Of a stretch of DNA of 64,000 nucleotides, positions 49,620 to 63,839 are shown one piece after another. Source of the stretch: Vicugna vicugna (taxonomy: Eukaryota); assembly GCA_013265495.1 (NCBI GenBank), contig MU058781.1, forward strand, positions 9,281,009-9,345,008, written 5' to 3'. The position numbers were made by a program, and so were the translations under genes. Each line of letters begins with the position of its first letter. Position 1 is the stretch's first letter. The notes below the pieces were generated by a model, which was not told the origin of the DNA, ran no database searches, and saw only the letters and a program-made list of their open reading frames with translations.

Positions 49620-50880
49620 TGCTTTATCTTTCATTTTTCATTGTTTGATGTAGGATTTCCAGTAGAATTCTGAAAAGAAACTGAGAACTCAGCATCTCAC
49701 CTTTTTTTCTGATTAAAAAAAAAAAAACTTCTGACAGTTCACCATTATGCATGATGTTAGCTGTAATTTTTTAAAGATACCCCTTATTATATGCAGAAAG
49801 GGCTGATCCACTCCTAATGTGCTAAGTTGTTTGTTTTATCATGAAGGGATCTAGAATTTTAGTAATTGTTTTTCTCAAATCATTAAGAAGATCTGATAAT
49901 TATTACCCTTTAACTTGTTATTTTGTTAAGTAACTTCAAAAGATTCTTCTAATGCTAAATGACTCATGTATCCTTGGGGTGCACTATGCCTGTTCATGAG
50001 GTATTATTTTTAAAAATACAGTGGTAAATAAAGTTGTCTAATACTTCATCAGGGTTTGGGGAGGGTCTATGTTTGTAAATAAGATTAAACTACAGTTTTC
50101 CTTTTTTACACTGTCCTTTGTCGATTTTGGTATTAAGGCAGTATTAGTTCCATAAAATGAAGTGGGGGACCTGCTCACTTTTTCCAATTCTGGAACAGTT
50201 TATGAAATTAGAGCTTATCTTTTTTATTTTCTATTTTTTTAAATTGAAGAATTGTCGATTTACAATGTTGTGTTAGTTTCTGGTGTGCCTCATTTTTTTT
50301 TTTAACTTAGTGAAAAATCACTATAAAATCATTTGGCTCTCATGCCTTTTTTCTGGGTAGATTTGTGCTTACTGATTTAATTTTTTAAATGATTACAAGT
50401 AAGTTCAGATTTTCTCTTCTTGAATCAATTTTGACATTGTATGTTTGTAAATAATTTTCAATTTTATATTTTCAAATTCATTGGCATAAAGTAGTTTCTA
50501 ATATTTTCTCATGATTAAACATAAGACACATACAGATTCGTACAAACATCCTTTCTTCTCTCTTGACTACTCTTGGTGTATTCAAGATCCTTCTAGGTTG
50601 ATCATCTTTGTAATGTCTTTGTCTTCCATTGCGATAATTTCTGTTCTTTTTTTTCCATAGAGATATCCAACTGTTCTGGCACCATTTGTGGTAAAGACTT
50701 CTCTCTTCCTATTTAATTGTTTTGATGTCTTGGCCAAAAATTAAATGACTGTATAAGTGTGAGTCTTTCTCTGAACTTTTTTATTTCGTGCCGAGGATCT
50801 GGTTGTCTGTCTTTACGTGAGTTCCATACTGTTAGATTACCCTAGCTTTAGAGTTAAGTTTTGAAATGAGATAGTAGACG
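49620..50880 (-). mobile_element. Old L1 (L1M/L1ME-like) ORF2 fragments, antisense, with a short younger L1 3' end at ~50220-50290
   Basis: T-rich + strand with L1 antisense motifs (ATGATGTTAGCTGT, ATTTTGGTATTAAGG, GATATCCAACTGTTCTGGCACCATTTG). Confidence 0.6.
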
Positions 50881-51049
50881 TGCTGCCCTTCCTTTGAACA
50901 GCACAGGTTCCTGAGAGTCTGCTCATTTACATTTCTCATGCAGAGCCTACTGTTACTATTTGAGTACTGATCTTTCCCTCAAGTCGTATTTCTTTCTCAC
51001 TACAAGTTGAATGACCAATTGTGAGGGCCTTTGTAGATTCACAATAGCT

Positions 51050-52400
51050 TTATGTTGCCCTTTTTCTTGAATGATAATTCCGCTGAGTATAGGAGTCTGT
51101 TATTTCCCCTGAGCACTTTGCTAATATTATTATATCATCTTTTCACCTGTGTTTCTCTGAGACGTTTGCTATTCCTCTTACTGTTATTTGGTTTTGTGTA
51201 CGTGTATATGTATTTCTGTCATTCTCTCAGGGTGCCTTGTTACTTCTTCTTTGGTTTTTCCAGCTTTTGCTATGTTGTGTCTGGACATATTTTGATTTAT
51301 CCTGGGAACTTGATTTTTCAATCTATTGATTCATGTCTTAATTCTGAGAAGCTTATAAGCATGTATTTAGATATATATAATTATATATAATATATTTATG
51401 AATTTATAAATATATAATTTATGTGTATACACACATAATATATATATTTATATTTATATATACATAAAATATATATAAATAAATTGTCTCTTCCATTTTC
51501 TCCCTGTACAGCCATCCCTTAAAGATCCTGCAGCTGAAGTTCCAGGCCACAATAAAGCAAACATCACAATAAAGTAAGTCCCATGAAATTTTTGGTTTCC
51601 CACTTCATCTAAAGGTTATATTTACACTATACTGTAGTCTGTTAATTTGCAACAGCATTAGGTCTAAAAATGCAACATGCATACCTTAAGTTTTAAATGT
51701 TTTATTGCTAAAAAATGCTAATCATCATCTGAGCCTTCAGCAAGTCATAGTCTTATTGCTGGTGGAATGTGTGAAATATTGCAAGAATTGCCAAAATGTG
51801 ACACAGAGATAGACCTGTGCTCAATGCAGGGTTGCCACAAACCTTCAATTTGTGAAAAAAATATGCAATATCTGCACAAAGCGCAATAAAGCACAATCAA
51901 ATGAGGTACGCCTGTGCTTTCTTCCTGAAAATTATTTAACGTATGATTGTCCCTCTCATTCTAGCCTCTAAATCTTTTCACTTCTCTTTCATACACTTTA
52001 TCTCTATTTTCTTGCTTCATTCTAGGATATTCCGATGGTCTCTCTTCCAGCGTATAATGTCTCTCTTTAGCTGTGTTTCAGTCTGCTCCTTAACTCGCTG
52101 TAGTGTCAGCGGCCCACTCATCTCCTTGGGAACTTTCATTACTTTTTGGCTGACTTCCAGCTGCCAGTATTGCTTTTTTTTTTTTTTTTTCCTGGAACAA
52201 CAGGCTGGAAGTGTTGAGAAATAAACAGCCCTCCCACCAACCCCAAATGACTAAAGCAACAGGTAATAGAAATGTGGATTCTTTATCCATATACGGCACA
52301 GTCTTGGCATTTTGGTTTCTCACAAGACTTTTTTATGCACCAGATCTGTAATCTGGTGAAAATTTTCTCTGCTGTGTTCCTTAGTGGGAGATGGAGTTTT
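51050..52400 (-). mobile_element. Old L1M ORF1 region, antisense, interrupted by an AT-rich tract and a Tigger element
   Basis: TTCTTGAATGATAATTCCGCTGAGTATAG...CCTGAGCACTTTG, similar to the 6480-8500 element. Confidence 0.45.
51509..51914 (-). mobile_element. Internally deleted Tigger1 derivative (Tigger1a_Art-like MITE)
   Basis: Imperfect terminal inverted repeats CAGCCATCCCT / GAGGTACGCCTG with TA on the left. Both Tigger1 end sequences are present (TTTACACTATACTGTAGTC; GCAGGGTTGCCACAAACCTTCAATTTG), joined without a transposase. Confidence 0.8.
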
Positions 52401-54029
52401 TCTGGCTCCTCCTTCATAGTATAGGAAGCCATATGCAGGGATCTCAGCTATAGGCTACAGTCTTGTGGGGCAAAGAGCACATCTTCCCTTGTAGCACAAA
52501 AAAAAGCCCCATGGATTAGGGCTTCATCTGGTGTCTGTTGCTCTTCTGAGTCTCTGGTTCCTTAAGTGTTGCTTTTACTACTATGTTTGAAGTTCTTTCT
52601 TTCTCTCTGGCACTTTGGTGCTTCCGTTTTATTCATGTGTGTGTGTGCATGTGTGTGGTATTTCTATTTGTTGGTAATGGTGATGGGAGAGGGAGGGGCA
52701 CATCCGCTCAGTCTCCCACTCTGCCATACGTTGAATTTTTGAGATCATCTCTTTGATGAACAGATTGTTGTTGTAGCACCGTGATTTTTTAGGGTACCCT
52801 GTTTGTGGTCATTGTGTGATCCCCTGAGCTGTGCAAGGCTACAATGCTGGTGGTCCAATCCATGGCATGCAAATGCAGAGGTATGGGTTATAATGAATGG
52901 AAAAAAAAAGTGTTTAAAATCCAGAATTTGGATGAAACAAGGTATTTCACCTCTGAGAAGGAGGAATTCCAAATATGGAAAGATAGAAGAAATATTTGTG
53001 AAGAAAATATATAGCCAAAGTAAGCAGGGCCCAGTGATAGATCTTTTCAAAAAGGGCTGTAGCTAATGAGTCTTTCTCTTTGATTTCTGAAGATGAAAAT
53101 ACAACCAAAGATAGGCTGTATTTGACACATGCTAACTACACATTCATATGGATTTCTTTATAAATACAGTCATCATTTTTAAAAATTGCATGTAGATTTT
53201 TTTGTCTTCTAGGAAACCACAAGCATACTGATTACTTCTGACTTTCAGTGTGAGACTCTGTGAGCAAAAATATCGCCACCATCTTTACAGCCACATGTTT
53301 CTAGGGTTTTATGTTCAGTGTTATATTTTCTACTTTCAGGCAAGTCCAGACGTCTTTAATTGATGTAATAGTGACGATAAGTACTTCATGCAATCTTCTG
53401 TTTATTCAATTAATGTAATTTTTGAATAATGGTTTTCTAAAACATGCTTTGAAACTTAAAACTCACCTATTTCTCAACATTCTTTATGCCTCATACTCTA
53501 TACCATACTTTATGTGCTAATATTATTTTTTATTACCAGCCTCTTTTTGAAGCTGGTGTATCTAAATTATGACAGTGTTATTACTCTGGAACAGATTGGG
53601 TTCCTGGAAGTCCTGTTACTAATCTTCTGTTATAAATTCCAGGGACTCAGGGATTGTTTTACCCTAGAATCAGTGAGTTGTTTATTGGCCATATTGAAGT
53701 AAATCTTGAAAAATGCCCATATGGGATATAGAAGAATATTAAAAGTTAATAAATGGTATTTTTGCCTAGAATGGGGTAGTTGAAATATGTCAAACTTGAG
53801 CATAGAGACCCAGTAGGATATATGAGTGTATCTCAGATCATGTTCAAATTTTCTAATCCACCATCCATTCCTCTAACTTTCCTATGTCTTTCATCACACA
53901 GATTGCAGTCAAGAGCTCAAAGTTCAACCAGCCATTTTACAGGAAAGAAGGAGATTGAATAGCATACTGTGGGTTTATACTTTCAAGTGGTTTTATATCT
54001 CAGTATAGAAATGAAAAATGGATGGGAAC

Positions 54030-54225
54030 TCGAGTGAGCTATATCTGGGTTTGAATTCTGGTTTTGTCCCTTGGTACTGCTCTTTGAGCTCAGACAAATT
54101 CTTAGCCTCTCCAAGAAGTGGGCATAATTGATAATGCTGCTTTCTGGGTTAATATAGAGATTCAATGAAATCATAAACACTAAGACAGCACAATTATCTG
54201 TCATATAATAAGCTCATAGCAAACA
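54030..54225 (+). mobile_element. MIR SINE
   Basis: CTGGGTTTGAATTCTGG...GAGATTCAATGAAATCAT...AGACAGCACAATTATCTG...AAGCTCATAGCAAAC. Confidence 0.5.
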
Positions 54226-54909
54226 CTTTTCCTTCCTCATTTTTCTAACTAGTTCTTAGCTTTCTTATACATGTCGATATTACTATGGAGTCTGTCCAAA
54301 GGAAGAATTTTATTCTGAATTTGTTTCAACAAACATTTAACAGGTACCTCTCTTCTGGCAGCACGTGCTACACCAGAGTTAGTAATACAGGTTCTCAAGG
54401 AACAGACTGTGCCTGAAATTGATTTGTCCCTATTTAATGTATTAAGCTTCATAAATGAACTTGTGTTTCAAGTGGGTGTGTATTGATTTATCCACAGTGT
54501 TTCACTTTGTCCTCTGTGTGACCCAGATCACATGTGCTTCAGAGTGGGCACAGCAAAGGCTCCCTATGGAGAGAAGAAGTCCAGGACTTACCTGAGGTGC
54601 TGTAGTCAAGACCGTGACATTAGTTTACCGACAGGGCATATACATGGGCCAGGATCAGGACTGAATTCTGACGCTCCATTCCAACTTTTGTCCAAAACAT
54701 CAAAGCAAGCAAAAATCATTTTTTAATTTATAATATTAAATAATTAATAGCATAGGAGAAAAATAACTTATGACCTGGGCAAACAGCAACTTTTCAAGGA
54801 AGGGGAAATGAGAAGCCTAAACAGAAGGAAGTTTCACCCTGTACATGATGGGGAAAGATGACACATGGTGGCCCAAGACCAACAGATGGAGCCTCCCAAA
54901 ATGGAAGCT

Positions 54910-55105
54910 GAATGGGGAGCCAGTGTTTAATAGGTACAGAGTTTCTGTTTGGGATGGTGAAAAATTCTAGAAATGGATCACAATGGTTGCACGACAATGT
55001 TATTGAACCTAAGGCCGCTGAATTTTGTACACTTAAAAATGGTAAAAATGGTAAATTTAATGTTATGCATGTTTTTTACCACAATAATAAATAATTAAAT
55101 AAATA
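54910..55105 (+). mobile_element. L1MB-type 3' end
   Basis: GTTTAATAGGTACAGAGTTTCTGTTTGGGATGGTGAAAAATTCTAGAAATGGAT...TGTACACTTAAAAATGG...TTTTACCACAATAATAAA. Confidence 0.8.
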
Positions 55106-57353
55106 CACAAATTTATGTTTTAAAAAGCACAGTGGCGATGCAGTCATCCCCACCCCACCAAACAAGTGGAAGTTGGCTGGTTAAATCTGGGGATTCTCTA
55201 GGAAACCATCTCCCTTCCTCATTTCTGTGGCTAAAATGCTAAGGCATTGCGTTTCCCTTTTTTTTTTTAAAACTTATGAACCTGCACATGGCTGTGTCTA
55301 TATATGTGTATATGTGTATCTATATATATGTATATATCTCCTGTGACCCGCTCGACTTAAAAGAAGTCAGAAGCTTTGTATATAAAGTATCATTAGGCAG
55401 CGATGATAATGATTTGTTTTCTGACTCAAAGCCATTCTCTAATAATCATATAGCACTTTATAGTTCTCAAAGTGCTTTTATATCTATTATCTCAATTGAT
55501 CTGCAGAACCCAGGGGCCATTACCTTTGTCTTACAGATTTGAGGGAATGGAAATGCAGGAAATGGAAATCCAGGCCTTGCTAGAGTCTTAGTAAATAAGC
55601 AGGACTAGAACTTGTGTCTCCTGGGCACTGAGTTATCATCCTTTCGCTAGAAGACAGTTGGATTTTTGTTTTACAGGACTGACACTACAACTTCTTTGTG
55701 AAGAGTGAGAAGAGCCACTAATCACCTTAATGTTTGCTTTCAGTGATAATCACTAGGACCAACACCAAGATTATGGAAGTTTTTACTTTCTATCCAAGTG
55801 TTTTGACATTTTATAGTCAGACCCTGGATATGGAAAGAATTTATTACAAATGTTGGCTCAAAAGAATGTTAAACCAGACCATACTTGTCATCATAGATAG
55901 CTAGCTAGCAAATGCAAAAAGATAGTCCAAAAAGCTAAGTCTCATTGGATTAATCAGTCTTAAAGCTTTTCTTAAACTTAACAGCTTATCAGGGCATTTA
56001 ATTCCCACCTTTGTAAAAAGAGACAGAAAATTGTTTGTGCCCTGATTCATGAGCTACATTTTACATAAATGCAAAATATAAACCTGAATTTTTGAAATAA
56101 TTTTTTGGGGGGATGGAAAGTAAGGGTAGAAAAACGAATAAATCAAAGGATAAGATTTCACTTACAAACACACTTACCTTCTTGTCCTGAGTAGGTGCTA
56201 GACAGGAGAGGCAACGTGGGCTTCACATTTCTAAAGAACAGAGCGAAGAGGGAACCTGCCTAATTGTAAGATTTATCCATAAGATTAAAGCCAAACTATA
56301 AATGAAACACTTTTTCTGAACCTAAAACCTATCAAACATTCCTCCTGTAGATGATTCACATAAAGAGAACATGGAATGATACAGTGAAAGTGTCTTTAGC
56401 AACATTGCTCCAAAAGACACAAAAATGTCTCTGGGTCTTCAATATCCTTCAGTTGAGGCCAATGGCATTATCGCCAAGGCACATTCTACACGAGGTCACT
56501 AAGAATCAGTGTTCTGAAAGTCTCAATTCACATGTAGTAAAAATCTTGGAAATATCAGACAGTTTGAGCTCAAATGCAATTTCAAAGTATATCTAAAATG
56601 CTTAAAATATTCATAGTAAACTTTAGCAAATCCTAAGGGTATGCAGACTAAATTCCGGTGTATATCATAAACAGTAAGGGAGGAGGTGGGAGAAGGAACA
56701 ATAACCTTAAAAGCACAACATAATGGACGGGACGTTCTTGTGACCAACTTTATGCTTAGGCAGATATGGTTTAGAGAAAAGGTTATCAGGGATTGGATGG
56801 CAGTTGAATTAGGTGAATAAGTAAGCAGGTGAAATGTGAAAGTAATTAAGATAATGAATTGATATCAAAGTAGAGGGAAATTTGAATGCCCTTTCTCAGG
56901 GCTCTTGCCAGGGCATATTAATCCCTTTATGAAGTCAATGACTTAGCTGAAGGTGCAGGATTTGTGATGGGTGTATCCATCATATTAGATCTAACTGCCA
57001 AAACAAAATCTTGACAGATTGGAGTGATGAGATAATTCTAGCAAGATCAAAGTCAACAGGGACAAAATAAGGTCACCTACTTTTGAAGTAATAGGAGGGG
57101 AAATACTGTCTTGATATCTTACCCATCTTTTCTGTCACTCTTCCAATTCTTCAACACAGGAGTTTGGGGGAGACACAAACATTCAGTCCATGACCGAGAC
57201 TCTTACAGTTATTCAGTTAAAAGATGTTGAGGGCCTGAACTGAGTAGTAACCATAGGACAGGAAGAGAAGGACATTGGAGATGACAAGAAAATAAGAGAC
57301 TGTTCTCTTCAAGTGTTTAGGCATTTAGGTATGGAGAGAGGCCTTTTTACCAG

Positions 57354-57858
57354 TGTACACGTCAGGGTTCTCCAGAGAAACAGAATCAGTAGGGTATATG
57401 CACCAATAGACTATGTAGATATCCTGTTGATCCTACTGGTTCTGCTTCTCTGGAGAACCTTGATATATATATGGGACTTACTGGCCTCTATAATCACGCG
57501 AGTCAGCTGAGAAGTTCCACAATCTGCTGACTACAAGCTAGAGAACCAAGAAAGCCAGCTCTGTAGTCCAGTCCAAATCCAAGTTCTAAGAAGCGCCGAT
57601 GTCTGAGAGCAGGAGAGATGGACGGCCCAGGTTGGCAGTGAGCAACTTTGCCCTTCCTGTGCTTTTCTGCCCTACTCAGGCCCTCAGTGGATTAGCTGAC
57701 ACCTGCTCACATTGGTGAGGGTGATCTTCTTCACACAATCTATCCATTCAAATGCCAATCTCTTGCAGAAACACGCCGATAGACACACCCAGACATGGTG
57801 TACTAGCTTTCTGGGCAACCTTTGGCCAAGTCAAGTGGACACAAAATTAAGCATCACA
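57354..57858 (-). mobile_element. ERVL solo LTR (MLT2-type), antisense, within L2 remnants
   Basis: Reverse complement of the 9907 element ends: GTCAGGGTTCTCCAGAGAAACAGAA ... CAAGTCAAGTGGACACAAAATTAAGCATCACA. Confidence 0.85.
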
Positions 57859-60264
57859 ATTGGTTAGATGGTAGTACTGCTAATAAGAGGAAGGTTTGTG
57901 GGGGAGGGTTTGTGATTTTTGAGAAAAACTGGTAAAATTATTTAGCTTGAGTTATGTTAAATGTGAGGGATCTGTGGGACTTGTGGGTGAAAACCTCCAG
58001 TGAGCAGTTGGATTTAGAGGGTCAAGGAAGAACAATCTAGGCTGGAGGTACAGGGATGAGGGTTGTGAACACTCAAAGCCACAGTGGATAGGGACAGCAT
58101 GAGTAGGCAGGTGGAATATAAAAAGGAAAGGCCAAGGATTAATTCTTGGGAAGAAACTGGGCATGGAGACACCAAAATCCCTTGTTAAACATCTTATTAC
58201 TTTATTTTAAATTTAGGGGAAAGAACATGGAAATACTTTTGGTGTAATCATTTATTTATTTATTTTTTTGGCATCAGACTCTCACCTTTATTCTTAGTAA
58301 TTTTCTATGAGCACATCCACACCTTTATGCTGACTCCAAGTGATATTTTTGCTAATAAAGGAGAGAATTCTCTGGAAGGTGCTGTAACAAGTAAAGGATT
58401 GCACTTAGCTGCAAATTTAACCTCTGTAACTCCGACTGCAGAATGAAGTCATTTATTACAGGGAGAAATCGCTGGCTCTCCAAGGAGAAGACAAATGGTC
58501 GCCTCTTTGCCCTCGTTTAAATAGGATGATGGCTCTAGCACAGTTCCTTAAAGATGAGGGTCTGTTCTGCGGAGGCCACTGGCAGCCAATTACTAGGCCA
58601 ACAGTATCCCAGCTGTTATGGGGACCAAGTGGTTCCTCTTGGAGGATGGGAGGCCTGTTATCTGAGCTCCTGACTGTGCTCTGGATCAAGGGATCTGTCT
58701 CTAGGCCTTGTTATGAGGGCTAGACTTGCCAGCAAATAGAAAGCAAACTAAGTAAATAATGAGAGAAGAAAATACTACCCAACTGAAGGAAATCTCTTAT
58801 GAACTAAGATAAACTGAAATGGCAAAGGAATATCTAAACTGAATGCATAAAGCCTGCTATTCTATGGCAGGTGCTGACCCCTGCAAAGTTAAAAGATGGT
58901 CTGTTCCAAATCATGGTCGAGAAAGCGTAATCAGCGTTACTATTGATACACGGGGCAATCAAGTAGAAAGCAAGGGAGAGAAGGCAGGTGTTTGGGGGAA
59001 AAACTACCTTGTTTATGCCTTGTGTTTTTAATTGTATCTATTAGTGATAGGCTTCCTGGACTGAGTAAGTCAAAGCTATAATAAAAAGTGTCTTTCTGAG
59101 AAACTTCTATGACTAGGATGACCTTGACAGGTTTTTTTTCAGCCTAGAGGAGAAAGTTTAATAATACCTTTTACACAAAGCAAAATATTCATCAGTTCTC
59201 TTCTTGTTTAAGGCTGTTATCATCTCAAATAAGTATTTCCACAGGAAATACAAAGCAAGAGCAAAGTTACATGAATTCGGGAGCACAAAATATTGCAAAA
59301 ATTGGAAGAAAACAGGTAAGACCATTTCCATTACATTGTACGGGCTTTGGTCAAAGATTTTTCTCTAAGTTGGATATAAGGGGTAAATGTCATGAAACAG
59401 AGAATCAGGAATTAAAACCCCAAATTATGCCTTTTCACATGGAAAAGCATCAGGTTTTTTCCCCCTGAGGTTTAAGATATTACGGTTGCGTAGTTACTTT
59501 ACCCTGAAGGACTGCTTTAGACAGCGTGAGTAATCATCCCGCAACATGAGTTGTAATCAGAAGTTGTGATGTACATTTTCCTAACAAAGATGACACCCAT
59601 CTATCTAATCCATGAAGAAGGTTTCAGAGAAAGCTCTGTACTGGATGGAAACGATTCCATTGGGGGACAGACGTTATTACAGCACAAATGCAGGGATGGT
59701 TAGATGTTAGGAACTGGGTGAGCAACAGCAGAATGTGCAAAGTTGCTGGAGAGAGAAAGAAAGAAACCTCAACAGAGGGAAATGTTTAAATCTGTTTTTA
59801 AAAGATGCCATGCTGTTTTAGAATCTTCTAGAATAATGACATGGAAATGATCTGTGGTTCAGATGGGAAGACAGAAACTACAGAGTCGTAATGCTTTATG
59901 AAATGCAAGCAGACGCTGATGGATTGTGTTGGACAGATGGAGAGTGGAGTTTGTCAGGCTCTGTCCTGCACTAAAGTGGAAGAACGCTGCTTGTGGAATG
60001 TGTGACAAGACAGATTTGTACCAGTACGTTTCCAAACGTAAGGGAAGACGTAGTCCCCAAATTATCCTTCAGAAGAGGAGTCGGCCTTACACAAAAGTCC
60101 TTATGATATACTCTGTCAATTTCTCAACTATTTTATTTCAAACACATTATACTTGGTGATGCCACATTGCCTTCAACCTTTGGGGCTCAAGCTGGTTTCA
60201 AATGCTTATGGAGGTCCTCTAACAAATTTGAAATATAGGAGGCGAAAAAATTTTATCAAGACGT

Positions 60265-60790
60265 ATTTATTTATTTATTCTTTTACAAAAATTTTATTTG
60301 GAAATCATTTGGAATTTACAGAAAATTGCAAAAATAAAAACAGTATAAAGAATACCTTTACCCAGATTCCCCTGCTATTAATATTTTACTCCACTTGCTT
60401 TTTATCATTAGTTTCCTCTCTTTTGCTTGCTTTCTATATATATCTGTGTACATATATATACATACACATGCAATTTTTTCTGAACCATTTGCAAGTAAGT
60501 TACATACATTGTGGCTCTTTCCCCTTAAATAGTCAGTGCTTTTCCCAAGAGTAGGCATATTCTCTTACCTGTTTACAGTACAATTATTAACTTCATAAAT
60601 TTATATTGATACAATATTTTTCACTTAATCTACTATCTATATTCAAGCTTTGTCAGTGTACCTAATAATACAATTTATAGCATATTTTCCCCTCTAATAC
60701 AAGATACAGTCAGGAGTCAGGTATTATTTTTAACTATCATGCTCTTTAGTTTCCTTTAATCTGGAACATTTCCACAGCCTTTAAGACTTA
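60265..60790 (-). mobile_element. L1MC/MD-type 3' end, antisense
   Basis: TTTTATTTGGAAATCATTTGGAATTTACAGAAAATTGCAAAAA...ACCCAGATTCCCC...TTTCTGAACCATTTG...TTTAATCTGGAACATTTCC. Confidence 0.7.
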
Positions 60791-61729
60791 TTTGTTTTTA
60801 AAAATTTGTTCCTAGGGATATGATCTCACATATCTCACCAAGTTTTGCCATCTTTGTAAAACAAATCTTCTAAAGATAAGGCGAGTGTTATGGCTAGCAC
60901 AAACTATACATCAATAGGAAAGAGGAATCTTTTTTTAACGTTTATGATTGACTCTTTGTGGGTTGGGGTAAAATTTCCAATTTCTGTATCATTATCAGTC
61001 CGAGAAGAGCTGTGTTTTCAACAATTTGAATAGAAATAAAGATAGCGAGTTCTGATAAGAGGAGATAAATCAATCATAGTGGCTAGGGGGATGACAAAGA
61101 TGTGTGAGAAGAGAAAATAAAATTGTTTCATGAACTGTGAGTGGCAAAAAAAGAGAAATGCTTCTGAATTGTTATTTCTAAATTTATTAATGTGACTAAA
61201 AAATAGAACCATATTAAATAGGCAGATATATGATCTAAAAGTGTGTGTATTCAAATTGGCCAAGAAACTTTTAAAACAATCTTCTTATTGGGAAAATAGA
61301 GAATCACCATAAGAGTATTCAGTCACATACAGTACATACAGCAGAAAGAGTTTCACAAACTCCACTGTAGTGCGGATGCAATACTCTTTAGTCCAATACA
61401 CGGACAATACGTTAGACTCCTTGCTCTTTCTGAAACTTCCAGTGGGCTACGCTGGCCTAGATATATTGATGTAAAGACTGAAGCACTATTGAGTGGGAAA
61501 TCTAGTTTCCGGTGTAACTCCTGTAGCACAACTGTCTCTTGTGAGTTTGGGTAGCTTTTGTTTTCAGTGTCCATCATCCTTAAGGAAGAGAATTTACTGA
61601 AGTTCCAGACCTTTCTATCTGAGAAGAAAAGCTGAGAATCAAAATGAAATTTACCATCTGCTCTTGTACTACTTTAACTTTATTTACATCTACTAGTGAT
61701 AATAAACACCCAATAAATGACAGCTCTTT

Positions 61730-61930
61730 TTATTGCTGTCAGGTTTATATGCTTAGCACTTTACATTTGTGATGAAATTTTGTCTGTGCAATCTCATGAA
61801 GCAGGGAGTGTTATGTTATTTTACATGTGGTCGCCGAGGTCAAAAGGTGAATGACTTGCTCACAGTCACACAGCTGGTGAGCGGCAAAGCCAGGTGATAC
61901 ACACCAAGCTGATGATTCTAAAGCTCACTT
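61730..61930 (-). mobile_element. MIR SINE, antisense
   Basis: GCTTAGCACTTTACAT...GAGGTCAAAAGGTGAATGACTTGCTCACAGTCACACAGCTGGTGAG. Confidence 0.6.
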
Positions 61931-62837
61931 TCTTAATGAAAAATTCTGCTCCCTCCTGAAAGGACAGAGATATTCAATGGGATTAACGAAGAAGGAGCGC
62001 AGTCCCCTTGGGGGTTCTGGAAGGACGTCCTACAGGAGACGATGGTGCAGAAGGATCTGAAAGGTGAGTAAGGAAAGAAACAGGAAAAAGATGGGGGAAA
62101 TGTTTTTAGTGAGAACAGCATGAGTAAAAGCATGTAAGGCTGAGATGGCATTGCTACCAGCAATTTAGTGTTATCAGGGCGTGCCGTGTGAGTCATTGAT
62201 AGGAAATACCGATTGAGAGGGTGGAGAGGCTTTATGTGGAGGACCTTATATTGGAAGCTAGGGAGCTTGGGATTTTACCTTAGGAAATGGAAATAACTAG
62301 AAACAATAACAGTAGCAACAGCGAGTACAAAACCAACAATCCTTGGGGCTTAGAAGTAAAATGGCACTTCAATTTTCCAGGTATCTTCTGGGAAAGGGAA
62401 AAGATGGCTGTTCATTATTCTTAACAAAGTGACTTGTCCAAAGAAATTTAGTTGAAAATGTAGTATGATAAAGACTCATTGTGCTTATTACAGCGTTGGT
62501 TAAAGAAGTTCTGAAAGTTGGTAAGCCAATGTCAGAGACTGGGGAGAGCTAACTTTTTCTGGGAGCAGATGCAAAAAAACATATGTAACTCCACAAAGTT
62601 CTACCCTCTTCTCAGTAATTTGTTGGTGGGCTTTTTTTTTTTTAACAAGAAGATAAACTAATCTTTCATAAAGAAAACAATTTACCCAGCACAGTACCAT
62701 TAAACTCGAAGTCCAGCTGGAAAATATTATGGGAAGTTCATGGGAGCTACTATATAAACTTTCCAAGATCTAAACCCATAAGGAAACCAAAAGAATAACT
62801 TTGCAAAGATAAATGACTGAGAGTATCTGAACAAATA

Positions 62838-63200
62838 AGAGTCAGCCAGGTTATGCTGTGATTACAAACGACCCAAAAATCTCAGCGGCTTATGACCAGA
62901 AAGTGTTATTTTTTTGCTAACACAAAATGACCACTGAGGTTGGCTGGGGGGCTTACTCTGGTGCCCAGGCTCACTCAGCCCCCTTACCCAGCACTGTAGC
63001 AGATGGAAAGGCGGGCACATGAAATCATGCACTGGCTCTTAAAGCTTCCACCAGGAAAAGACACATATTATTTCTGCTCACATTTCATTGGCCAGAACAA
63101 ATCACATGGCCACATCTGATTCAAGGGGAGTGGGGAATTGCATTCCCAGAATGTGCCTAGCAGGGGAACAACAAAAACTTGGTGAATAGCACTGAGGACA
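62838..63200 (-). mobile_element. Old MaLR LTR (MLT1J-like), antisense
   Basis: GGTTATGCTGTGATTACAAACGACCCAAAAATCTCAGCGGCTTA...CTGCTCACATTTCATTGGCCAGAACAAATCACATGGCCAC. Confidence 0.7.
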
Positions 63201-63839
63201 ATCACAAGATGAAATGAAAAAAAAATCAGCAGTGAAAGCAACCCAAGAAGGAAAGTTCTAGGAGCTAGGGATGGCACTGAGGCTTATAATTATGTGGCTA
63301 CTTGAGGACTTATTCATAATGACGGTTAAGAGGGTAATAAAATATGATATATAATTTCATAAAAACTGTTGCAAGAGTTGGCCAATTTATGCTGAGAGAA
63401 GTTTGCTGAAGAACACTGTCGGATCTGTCATGGGGAATATGACACTGAGACACAGTAAGGAATGTGTTCATTAGCCTCTTTCACTCTCATCCCTGGCCCA
63501 GTCAAAGCCCTCTGTTACTTTTACATCATTTTTTTTTTAAAAAAGGAGATTCTAATAGAATTTCCTGTTGTATTGCTGTCTGTTGGCGTTAGACTTAAGT
63601 AACTTCTTTATGACTCTATGTACATAAATTTCACACATGAGATACGATTTTATGTATCGCTACTTCTAAACTTTATTCAGTAATATATCTAATTTTAAAC
63701 TATTACCTAGAAAATAAACTAGATATCTTAAACACTTTTCATGGCTGAAATAACCTATTTTCCAGAGAAAATCTGATTTTGTAGCTTCGTTCTCTGAATA
63801 GAATGGATTCCTCCCTTTAAAAGCACATATATCTGAGAG

